A stretch of 41,483 nt of DNA from a virus (lineage: Duplodnaviria > Heunggongvirae > Uroviricota > Caudoviricetes). Where the stretch lies: the IMG/VR virus record IMGVR_UViG_2565956725_000003, positions 1 to 41,483 of that record; one strand, given 5' to 3'. This document shows positions 8,411-17,005 of the stretch, piece after piece (within the stretch, counting starts at the first letter, position 1; each line of letters opens with the position of its first letter). The notes under the pieces are model-generated. The model was given only the letters and a program-made list of their open reading frames with translations, searched no databases and was not told the DNA's origin. Both the position numbers and the translations under genes were made by a program.

Positions 8411-8572
8411 ATGAAAAAAGCATTTGCTGCACTGTTCGTTTTGTTGTCTCTGGTAGCTTCAACTCAGGCCTTTGCCGGTCGTTGTCAGCACGACAGCGAC
8501 ACTGCTGCTGACGGCTCCCGCTGCGGTGGGCGTTCTGCGGATTCCCGCCCGGGTGGCGGTGGCATTCGTTAA
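8411..8572 (+). CDS. small secreted Gly-rich two-cysteine peptide
   Basis: 53 aa from internal ATG: signal peptide MKKAFAALFVLLSLVASTQAFA then a 31-aa mature peptide with two Cys. ATG at 8339 rejected (abuts terminator, no RBS). Confidence 0.45.
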   Translation: MKKAFAALFVLLSLVASTQAFAGRCQHDSDTAADGSRCGGRSADSRPGGGGIR

Positions 8573-8594
8573 AAACAAGGCCGCGAAAGCGGCC
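8571..8594 (-). terminator. terminator for the minus-strand late operon, possibly bidirectional
   Basis: GGCCGC-GAAA-GCGGCC hairpin; on the minus strand it is followed by TTGTTTTT. Confidence 0.6.
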
Positions 8595-8603
8595 TGTGAC
8601 ATG

Positions 8604-8984
8604 TCACGCAACGCAATTATTACCGCGCCATGTAACATTTTTAATAATCTTATCAGCACCAAACTCAACGTAAACAGAGCAACTGAAATGGAGTGTATAA
8701 CCGCCATCAGTTGTTGCGTATGTGTTTGAATATATAGTATTACCAATTAGATTAGACGTAGTATTATACGTTGTGGTTTGTGGTACGTTATAACTACCAG
8801 AGCTTGAGTAAACATACACTCTGTTTCCATCTGGAGATGTAAGCTCTCCCTGAGGATACCCCCACTGCTGAACCATTGCGTCTATACTCTGCCCGCGCCA
8901 CGTAAGCATATTTCTTTCAAACTGTGCAGCTGACTGGCATCCAACGAGAAGCATAAATCCAAAAATCAAAAATACTTTTCTCAT
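8604..8984 (-). CDS. prophage lipoprotein (moron, possible superinfection exclusion)
   Basis: 126 aa from ATG 8984 with RBS AGGGG; signal peptide MRKVFLIFGFMLLVGC (lipobox LVGC); Thr/Asn/Tyr-rich mature part. Confidence 0.6.
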   Translation of the reverse strand: MRKVFLIFGFMLLVGCQSAAQFERNMLTWRGQSIDAMVQQWGYPQGELTSPDGNRVYVYSSSGSYNVPQTTTYNTTSNLIGNTIYSNTYATTDGGYTLHFSCSVYVEFGADKIIKNVTWRGNNCVA

Positions 8985-9069
8985 AATTACCCCTATCATG
9001 GAAAAACAGCACCAATCCACAAATTAACTAGTTATTTTATTATTCTTCCGAACAATACAATTCCGAATA

Positions 9070-9192
9070 CTACAAAGCCGAACCATGCCGCTGCACGCAA
9101 CAGAGATTCCAATTGAAACCCATTTTTATCAAAATGTATGAATAGCATAAAAACGCTGCACATATTAGTACAATAAAAGTTATTTGAACCAT
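9070..9192 (-). CDS. small single-pass membrane peptide (not in ORF track)
   Basis: 41-42 aa MMVQITFIVLICAAFLCYSYILIKMGFNWNLCCVQRHGSAL; strong RBS AAGGAG 5 nt upstream; immediately after the stop of the 824-aa gene. Confidence 0.45.
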   Translation of the reverse strand: MVQITFIVLICAAFLCYSYILIKMGFNWNLCCVQRHGSAL

Positions 9193-9203
9193 CATATCTC
9201 CTT

Positions 9204-11678
9204 TTATTGCGGAGTGACATCCTGTGGTCGCCACCAGTATGTCTGGTTAAACTCTTTCTTCGAACGTTGCTCCATTTTACGCAAATAGCCTGGTGAAAAA
9301 TACTCCTGCATCTGGTTAAAGATCATGTGATCGAGAGCCGCCTTCAAGTACCAGAGATTCGCACCAGGCATCAAACCTTTCCCCAGCTTCACCAGATCAC
9401 CACCAGTCTGCTCACTCTTCCCTTCCACAGCATTTAACGGTATGCCCTGAGCAATCTTCACTACGTCATCAACCAGACCAGCTACCGGGCCAAGCATCGA
9501 CGCCAGCGCGCCGCTTCCGTACCTAGTGTGATCTGACAATAAAAAGTCACCGTAAAGGCCAAGACCACCACCTTTCAGTAGAGCACCAAGCCAGAATTTT
9601 GCGGCATCTTCTCCTGTCATCTCTCGAGGATTACGACCAGACGCAAGGTCGTTAAGTTGCTGCGACAAAGCGCCAAGAATGGTCGTACTGGCAATAAACG
9701 TCGCAATATATGCCGCACGCCCACCAGCAGACGGCATACCCATAGCGCGTGACCAGTGACGCATAACAACCGAGATAGGGAACGATTTAAACAGGAAAAC
9801 ACTTCTCGTTAATTCACCTTTCCATGTTCCACGCTGAATACCAGAACCGGTTATCAGTTGCTCACGTGCTCCCGGTGTAATAACAGCCATATCAACTTCT
9901 TCAGTTACGGCACCGAGCAGTTTACGCATTGCCTCAAATTTCACGCGTTCAGGCTCACCAAGATGTTTAACTGCTGAATCAGAGATACGCATAATGCTTT
10001 CCGGTGTCAGCATCGTATTATTACCGTTCCCCCAGTCCTCCTGTTTCGCCAGCTTCCATACGCTCCAGTCTGTGTCAGTAATCCCTTTGCTTTTCAGGAT
10101 ACGAAAATCAGAGTCATCGAGGCTACGAAGGTCTGGTGTCCGTGACACTACTTCTCCCAGGCTTCCCATCATGGTTACGCCATAGGCGCGCTTGTGCGCA
10201 TCTGACCATGCTGTAAGCCCACTGGCACGCATTACCGCCGTTGCCGCCCAACGAGACACTGACGGCCCCATATTATCCATCGCCCAGCGGTTAACGCTGC
10301 CAAGTAGAGATTCCATCGCCAGACCAGCGCGGCGCGCCCGCGCAAGTTCTGTACGGTTCGTTGGGTCCATAGCTTCAAGCTGGTTGCGGAATAACTGGTT
10401 CATTGGAAGGTTGGTAACCTTCGCAGACAGATACATGGTTCCAAGATCAGAGAACGATGACAGCAACGCGGATCCGAGTCTGCTGGCAACCAGCCAGTTG
10501 CGGATATTGTCAGACCATCGCGCGATGTGCGGATTCGCTACAGGCTGTGTCTTTCCGGAAATAAAGTTGTACAGATTCTCTGTGTTGTTCGCCAGCCGCT
10601 CGACTTTACCGGTTTTACTCGGGTTAGCTGTTGCCGTTTCTGCCTTCACCTGATCAAGAAGAGAGCGGAAAACATGATCGGGGTTTGGGCCATATGTTTC
10701 CACCAGTGCAATATCTTTACTGATACCTTCCAGGTGACCGACCATGATTTCCCATAGAGAGCGATCGCCATAAAGTTGCTGATATTGCAGATAGGAATCT
10801 GCATCTTTGAAATGTATCTGTCGTGATGCATTACCACGGTTAGCACGTGCGCCGGAAATTCGCATTCCGGTATCAGTAAGCTTATTCAGCCCACCAGTAG
10901 CGATCGTGTTATAAGCCTCTCCAAGAAATGCAGACAACTCGGCATCGTTCATCAGTTGTCCATCGGCTCGGGTATAATATTTGCGATCCAGCTTACCTAT
11001 AACATCGCTAACCCATTTATCTTTTGATACCGCCCCAACCTTTTCCATAGAATGATGTTGAGGGATCCCCCAGTTTTCGAGATAGCCAATGTCCCCACCA
11101 GCATCATTAAACCGGCGGCGCAGCAGCTCTGTAACTTCTCTCCACGCCTTAGCACCGTTTCTTGCTTTAGCATTGCCAGTATTTTGCCCTCGCATTTCAT
11201 ATACCAGGTCACGCACGCCAGCTTCATCTTCAAACAGGCCAAAAAAGCGAGGATCAACTGCTTCAAATGCCTCCTGCAATTGACTCAATGCATAATCACG
11301 AGTGGCTTTTGTTCTGGATTCAACAGAGAGGAAATTCGATTTACCGTCTGCATTAAAAGCAATAGTACGGTTAAGAGCGCCAAGTTTCCCATCAGCCCCT
11401 TGATAGCTATTGATAAATTTATCCAATCTCTGACGTGCGGCTATAGTGAGGGCCACACGACGTTTCTTTAATGCCGCTTCTCGCTGTAATTCTTCAGATG
11501 CCAATTGTGCTGCACGATATAGCCGCTCTGATTCGGAAAGTTGTCTCCACGACATCGGGTCATCACGAGCAATGGAGCGCATATTTCGATAAATGCGGTC
11601 TTCAATGTTCTGTATTTCTCGCGCCGTTAACGTGCGCTGCGCCGCCTGCTGGACCGCTTGTATACATTCCTGTCTCAT
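9204..11678 (-). CDS. internal virion / DNA-ejection protein (large)
   Basis: 824 aa, last large gene of the tightly coupled virion operon; assigned by position and size. Confidence 0.55.
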   Translation of the reverse strand: MRQECIQAVQQAAQRTLTAREIQNIEDRIYRNMRSIARDDPMSWRQLSESERLYRAAQLASEELQREAALKKRRVALTIAARQRLDKFINSYQGADGKLGALNRTIAFNADGKSNFLSVESRTKATRDYALSQLQEAFEAVDPRFFGLFEDEAGVRDLVYEMRGQNTGNAKARNGAKAWREVTELLRRRFNDAGGDIGYLENWGIPQHHSMEKVGAVSKDKWVSDVIGKLDRKYYTRADGQLMNDAELSAFLGEAYNTIATGGLNKLTDTGMRISGARANRGNASRQIHFKDADSYLQYQQLYGDRSLWEIMVGHLEGISKDIALVETYGPNPDHVFRSLLDQVKAETATANPSKTGKVERLANNTENLYNFISGKTQPVANPHIARWSDNIRNWLVASRLGSALLSSFSDLGTMYLSAKVTNLPMNQLFRNQLEAMDPTNRTELARARRAGLAMESLLGSVNRWAMDNMGPSVSRWAATAVMRASGLTAWSDAHKRAYGVTMMGSLGEVVSRTPDLRSLDDSDFRILKSKGITDTDWSVWKLAKQEDWGNGNNTMLTPESIMRISDSAVKHLGEPERVKFEAMRKLLGAVTEEVDMAVITPGAREQLITGSGIQRGTWKGELTRSVFLFKSFPISVVMRHWSRAMGMPSAGGRAAYIATFIASTTILGALSQQLNDLASGRNPREMTGEDAAKFWLGALLKGGGLGLYGDFLLSDHTRYGSGALASMLGPVAGLVDDVVKIAQGIPLNAVEGKSEQTGGDLVKLGKGLMPGANLWYLKAALDHMIFNQMQEYFSPGYLRKMEQRSKKEFNQTYWWRPQDVTPQ

Positions 11679-11683
11679 TTAAT

Positions 11684-13486
11684 TTAACCTCTCAAGAAAC
11701 ACGCCACAGCGACATCAAACAGGCTGGAATCCTGTATTGCCTGCTCACTTTCCCTGTTCGCTTCATCCAGTACTTCACGCGCGCTGCGCGATTGTGGATT
11801 ACCATCATCATCCAGCACGGTGATTATCATGTCAGGTGATTCAAGCAGCGAGTCTTCAGCTATGCGCAGATCAATATCTCCTGCCTGATCCGCCATCATT
11901 TTTTGTTCTGCCTGTTGCAATATTTTATCAGGCTCAAAAGGAGCTACTTCGTCTGGCGTCCTGACCTCTGCTGTTTTATAGAATGAAACAGCCTGAGCAT
12001 TAAGTTCACTTTCAGCCTGCTGTCTCCGTGCCAGTTCTGCTCGAGCTTCAAAAAACTGACCGCCAGGCTCATGCGGTGCCAACGCGTTACGGGAAAATTC
12101 CAGGCGTTCTTGTGCCTGCCGGATTCGTTGGTCAATATCGCGAAGTCTGACCTGTTTATCTGATCGAGCACGAGACAAAGATTTACCGCTACCGGTTGGC
12201 TCTTCTGCAAGAATTTGTGCGCGCTGTTCAGTGAGATTTTCAATAATTCGTTGGCTATTAGCTATTTCAGACTGGTAAACCTGTCTATCGCCACGCGGCA
12301 AAAGCTGCGCGGCCTGTTCTTCAAGCAACCGATTTTCTATAGCGCGCGCCGTTACTCCATCATCTACAGATGACAGAGCCTCATTAACTGCCTGAGACAG
12401 CAGACTCTTGCGCCCAGGAATTTCACTGAAAGATGCAGACTCAACAATGCTGGCAACGTCTACAGGTCTCCCCTGGCTAACATCAGACATAGCTTTTCGC
12501 AGAGCCTGAATGTGAGAATTGCGCGAAAGCACGTTGATCGGCACGCCGGGAGCAATATCAATTTCAGCATGATGAGCGGCATTCGCCGCCAGTGCAGCAT
12601 CAACATCAACTGGTGAAAAATTTGGTGCGCTTGTAGACTCGCCGCGAGAGTTAATAAATCTGCCGACACCACCAAACGCCACCCCAAGAACAGCATCAAT
12701 AGCAATTGCCTGTCGATCCAACACATCATACTGGTTAGCCATTTCGCTATAGCCACCATCACGAAGTGTTTTTGCAGTAAGCCCACGCTGTGCCATACCG
12801 AACGCAATATTTGTACCTGCGGCATAGGCAATATCTGGCGTTGCACGTACTGCTGTTGCTGCGGCGCGTCGCACTGAACTCTCACCCGCCCGCGCAAGCT
12901 GAGCCGCCACACCTTCCGCCAGCGCACCACCAGCACGTAACCCGAGGCTCATAGGGATCAGTGTTCCGGCACCAGCAGTAATGCCCTGCACTAATCCCGC
13001 TTCCTGCGCCGTCCTGAAATCAACACCCTGTGCTGTCAGCCGTTCAAACTCAGAAAAACCCTGTAGCGAAGTTACCGCCGCTGCACCTCCGACAGGACCA
13101 CCGAGCGTTGTACCGACAACAGCCTGCCCGCCCATATCGAACAACCCATAAAGAACCTGCCCGGCGGTTCCGGTTGTCGCGGCATCAGGCGTCAGCCGCT
13201 TAACCTGCTGCTCTGCTAGTTTTCTCTGCTCGGCAATGTATGAAACTGAAGTATCATTGAGCGAGGTGTTTTCGTTAATAAACTGAGCAATCGGGGATAC
13301 GATTTTATCCATCCCTGCCCATAGCAACTGATCTGGCTTTGCCACCAGCCCGGAGTACAAACCAGACAATGCCGCTCCTACAGCATTGTCGAAAAAACCA
13401 ACATCGCTGTTAAAGCCCGCTGGATTTGATGCTGCTTCGTCAAGTTGCTGATTCTGGTTTACTGGATTAAGGCCAAAGTAACTCAT
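11684..13486 (-). CDS. internal virion / ejection protein
   Basis: 600 aa, Ala/Gly-rich with coiled-coil segments; start overlaps the upstream stop. Confidence 0.55.
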   Translation of the reverse strand: MSYFGLNPVNQNQQLDEAASNPAGFNSDVGFFDNAVGAALSGLYSGLVAKPDQLLWAGMDKIVSPIAQFINENTSLNDTSVSYIAEQRKLAEQQVKRLTPDAATTGTAGQVLYGLFDMGGQAVVGTTLGGPVGGAAAVTSLQGFSEFERLTAQGVDFRTAQEAGLVQGITAGAGTLIPMSLGLRAGGALAEGVAAQLARAGESSVRRAAATAVRATPDIAYAAGTNIAFGMAQRGLTAKTLRDGGYSEMANQYDVLDRQAIAIDAVLGVAFGGVGRFINSRGESTSAPNFSPVDVDAALAANAAHHAEIDIAPGVPINVLSRNSHIQALRKAMSDVSQGRPVDVASIVESASFSEIPGRKSLLSQAVNEALSSVDDGVTARAIENRLLEEQAAQLLPRGDRQVYQSEIANSQRIIENLTEQRAQILAEEPTGSGKSLSRARSDKQVRLRDIDQRIRQAQERLEFSRNALAPHEPGGQFFEARAELARRQQAESELNAQAVSFYKTAEVRTPDEVAPFEPDKILQQAEQKMMADQAGDIDLRIAEDSLLESPDMIITVLDDDGNPQSRSAREVLDEANRESEQAIQDSSLFDVAVACFLRG

Positions 13487-15996
13487 TGCGGAATATCTCC
13501 GGAGAATCTCTGACGCTTCTGTGTCAGATCAAGAACAACGGGAGAACCATCATCTTTTAGCAGATAACCAGTACCAAGTTTCACCAGGTACTGACTATCG
13601 CCGTAACTTTGCAAACCATACTGACCAGGCGGTGTTTTTATCCCTGTGCCAACAACTTGTTCATTCCAAGCCTGATTAACCTGCTTATCGAATTGCTCTG
13701 CAGACATTCCCCACGGCAAAAGAACATTCCCCATTCCGTTATAGTCATGCACGCCACCTGTAGCTACGTTAACAGCCTGTTTCCAGATATCATTGTCAAT
13801 TTCGCCTGATACCACGCCTTTTTTCGCCATCACACCAGCGTAATAGTCCTTTGCGATCTCGTATGCCATTGATGCCCCCTGAGCATCACCAGCAAATGCA
13901 TCCTTCACCATGTCAGAAAACTCAAGGCGAAGATCAGCATCTTTAGGCATCGGAATACCTTTCGCGTCATCAGTACCTTTACGAGCCGCCGCGCCAGCAA
14001 GAATTGTCTGCGCAGCGGTTTCAGGAGACACGGAAACATCCGGATTAAACCAGTTTTTTTCTGCCAAAATACCACCTGGCTTATCCATCAGTATCCCGGC
14101 AACGGCAGCAGATGGAGCGTTGGCACTGATCTGCTGTAGTGCTGACATATACACCTGCCCACCACCAGTGCTCTGCCTGATGGTATCGAGATATGCTGCC
14201 TGTTGGGAAACGGGCGCATCACGAAAGAAAACACCGATCTGATTGGCCTCGTCTTTGGAAAAGAACGTCAGTGGAGTGCCATATGACTTAGCAAGGTCAC
14301 TGACCTGAGCAGCACGCAAGGCAACACTCTGTCCAAAGTTATCCTTATTGCTCATGTCGATAGGCTTTGCCTGTCCGGCGGCAAGAGAGAACTGTACAGG
14401 ATCAGCCTGTCGCTGCTTTATCACCTGACTTGCAGCCGACACAACGTTGTCATAAAGAGCGGCTCGTGCCGCATAACCCTCCCCTGTCTCACCGGTATCC
14501 GGGCGTAATTGCTCAACATATGCTGTAATGCTGCTTGTCGGCATGTTGCGGAAAGAGCCTATATACTGTCCGGCGATTTGCGTATTTCTGAACTCGGTAT
14601 ATCGCAGGTTTCCTTCTCTGACTCCATAAGCTGCAATAAAATCAGCCTCACCAGGTGGGTTAGGAAATTCAACGCCACGCATATACGCAGCTGTCGCATC
14701 GCGAACCTGGCTGTCAATCATCGTTTTATATTCAGCCTGCTGCTGCCGACGCAGTTGATCAGCCTGTCGCATAAAACTTGCCTGCGCCTCAGGAGATGCC
14801 GCATCGAATGCTGCATTACCGGTATAGCGTTTGGTGTTGGTTGGAATTGTTGATAAACCAAGTGCTGCACTGACACCAGCAGTTAACTGCTGATCACTGT
14901 ATGGCTGGCTACCGTTCTCATGATGGATAATGGCTGCACAAAGCGCCTTCAGGGTATCAGGATTAGATGCATCGAGAGGCTCATCAGCAGAAACGCCAAG
15001 TTGTTCGCACACTGCTTTGATATACGACATAGTGTCATTTTTATCAGTAGGCGGTGCCCAGCGATTAATTATCTCGCTGACGGTATCAATACCCTGCCTC
15101 TGATACGACATCAGGTTCCGCCCTAATGCACGAATCCCGTGTTCAGGTGTTTCGAATTTAGCAAATCGACCATCATCACCGGTCTGGCCTACCCACGGAT
15201 TAGTTTTGCTGTATTCGAGATTTCCTGGGTTATTGTTGCGTATGCCGCGGGCACGCTCGGAAGAGTCACTATCTGCTACAGCACGGCGAGCTCCAGCAGC
15301 AGTATCACTTAACTCGCCATTACTTTGGATGAATGCGGTCGCATTGTTTGCCGACCACTGGGACAATGCAGCATCAGCAACCTTCTCTTTAAACTCGATT
15401 TTCTTGGCCTGGATTTGCTCGTTGCTCCAGCCATGTGCAACACCGTACTCCTCAATTTGCTGGAAAGTTTGTTTGTTAGCCAATACGTATGCGGCGTTGT
15501 CGCCATACAATGCTGCGGCATTTTTACCATTGTTCAGCAGTGTCGCCTGAAACTGGCCTTCTTCGTAGGCATTAATTTGCCCTATCTCGTGTCGCCCGGC
15601 CTGCGTAGTGAACTGAATGCGCTGCTGCTGCGCCTGCTGCATGAAAGCATTACGAGCCTGTTCATCCGGCAGCGACATAGCCAGTTGTTCGACCTGAGCA
15701 TCAAACTGCTGCGTATACTCATGGCCTTTTCCAATAGCATTTTTCCCTTTCAGGTTAAGCAATCCTGTTTCAGGATTATTCAGCAGATCGCTGCTTATCT
15801 GACTGAGGTTAAGAGATGCCTCCTGAGCCAGAGCGATATTGGCACGCTGTTTTGCCTGCCCCAAAACATCAATTGCCTCTGTCCCTGCCCGAACAAAAGC
15901 ATCACCAATACCTTGCTGAGAAAACGTCTGCAAGCCTGCTGACTGAACTCCACGACTCTCAACCTGACGTCCGGATACTGTTGGTACGACTGGCAT
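13483..15996 (-). CDS. internal virion protein with a possible enzymatic domain
   Basis: 837 aa from ATG 15996 (RBS GGAGG, overlaps upstream stop TAATG); compact motif block RNNNPGNLEY...FETPEHGIRALGRNL of unrecognised family. Confidence 0.55.
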   Translation of the reverse strand: MPVVPTVSGRQVESRGVQSAGLQTFSQQGIGDAFVRAGTEAIDVLGQAKQRANIALAQEASLNLSQISSDLLNNPETGLLNLKGKNAIGKGHEYTQQFDAQVEQLAMSLPDEQARNAFMQQAQQQRIQFTTQAGRHEIGQINAYEEGQFQATLLNNGKNAAALYGDNAAYVLANKQTFQQIEEYGVAHGWSNEQIQAKKIEFKEKVADAALSQWSANNATAFIQSNGELSDTAAGARRAVADSDSSERARGIRNNNPGNLEYSKTNPWVGQTGDDGRFAKFETPEHGIRALGRNLMSYQRQGIDTVSEIINRWAPPTDKNDTMSYIKAVCEQLGVSADEPLDASNPDTLKALCAAIIHHENGSQPYSDQQLTAGVSAALGLSTIPTNTKRYTGNAAFDAASPEAQASFMRQADQLRRQQQAEYKTMIDSQVRDATAAYMRGVEFPNPPGEADFIAAYGVREGNLRYTEFRNTQIAGQYIGSFRNMPTSSITAYVEQLRPDTGETGEGYAARAALYDNVVSAASQVIKQRQADPVQFSLAAGQAKPIDMSNKDNFGQSVALRAAQVSDLAKSYGTPLTFFSKDEANQIGVFFRDAPVSQQAAYLDTIRQSTGGGQVYMSALQQISANAPSAAVAGILMDKPGGILAEKNWFNPDVSVSPETAAQTILAGAAARKGTDDAKGIPMPKDADLRLEFSDMVKDAFAGDAQGASMAYEIAKDYYAGVMAKKGVVSGEIDNDIWKQAVNVATGGVHDYNGMGNVLLPWGMSAEQFDKQVNQAWNEQVVGTGIKTPPGQYGLQSYGDSQYLVKLGTGYLLKDDGSPVVLDLTQKRQRFSGDIPQ

Positions 15997-16541
15997 TATA
16001 ATCCTCCGGGTAATCTGGTTCCTGCTGCTGCCCCGATTGGCGCAGGAGTGCTTTGAGTAAACGGACTCCACGTCCCACCAAACATCTGGTACGCACCGTA
16101 TGCCTTCAGAGGCGCAGTGAGCAATGTTGTTGCTGCTCCCACATTCCCCTGTTTACGGGCTGAACTGGCTTCTGCTTTATAGTTGGCAGCCTGAACCTGA
16201 TAACCGTAAGCCTCGCGTTGCGCGTTATTCACCGTCGTCAGCGAATCAAGAGCGCCAAACTGGGCAGTGTCGCCAAATATATCCAGCGCGTTACCTGTTG
16301 ATAAATCAGCGCCGGTAGCCCCCATTGTCGCCGCCTGTGTACCAAGCCGCTGTCGGGTCTCTCTGCGTCGTTGCTCAGCTTCAGCGTTACCTCTGTTTAT
16401 TGCATCATTTGCCTGAGCTGTGGCTATATCTGCGTTCGCTTCTGCAACCTTCGAGGCATACTTTCCCTGTTGGTACTGGGTGTATGCCTGAATGCCACTC
16501 ATGGCGAGCATTGCGCCACCAGCAATAACCGGATCGCACAT
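15996..16541 (-). CDS. internal virion protein (T7 gp14-like by position)
   Basis: 181 aa, Ala/Gln-rich; translationally coupled on both sides. Confidence 0.5.
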   Translation of the reverse strand: MCDPVIAGGAMLAMSGIQAYTQYQQGKYASKVAEANADIATAQANDAINRGNAEAEQRRRETRQRLGTQAATMGATGADLSTGNALDIFGDTAQFGALDSLTTVNNAQREAYGYQVQAANYKAEASSARKQGNVGAATTLLTAPLKAYGAYQMFGGTWSPFTQSTPAPIGAAAGTRLPGGL

Positions 16542-17005
16542 TATTTTCTCTCCATGTGAAATCTGTGGAAATTAAGACCAAGAGCACCATAAGGCGCGGC
16601 TTCTTCAAGCCTGAATCCAAGCCAGTGCAGCCATGCTTTGGCAACATGGTTTCGCTCGTCGACGTAGTTTTCCAGGCGCGGATAAACTGCCAGCATCTGC
16701 TGCAATACAGGGCGGCAGTGGCGCAGAAATGTCTTCTGATATTTTTCAATACGGCTGGTTCCTACCAGCCAGGGCGTACCATTGCCACCGATCATTGACG
16801 CCGGAGATACACCAAACATGGTTACCAGTTCTCCGTTCGCGAACCCTGACCAGGCCATAGTCGCAGTGCGAAGACCAACGCGCAGCGCATCTTCGGTAGT
16901 CATCAGCGATACCGCATACAGTTCGTCAATATCAGCCTGACGAACATCCGGCAAAATCATCTGAAGATGCTCTTCGGTAGCGGGAATAATTTGAACATCG
17001 ATCAT
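16541..17005 (-). CDS. virion protein (T7 gp13-like by position)
   Basis: 154 aa between the tail tube B-like gene and the internal virion proteins. Confidence 0.45.
   Translation of the reverse strand: MIDVQIIPATEEHLQMILPDVRQADIDELYAVSLMTTEDALRVGLRTATMAWSGFANGELVTMFGVSPASMIGGNGTPWLVGTSRIEKYQKTFLRHCRPVLQQMLAVYPRLENYVDERNHVAKAWLHWLGFRLEEAAPYGALGLNFHRFHMERK

Noticed and set aside
9032-9220. 62-aa minus-strand track ORF downstream of the 824-aa gene
   Set aside because: Its start overlaps the 824-aa gene end with a poor RBS; the 41-aa frame with an AAGGAG RBS is the better model.
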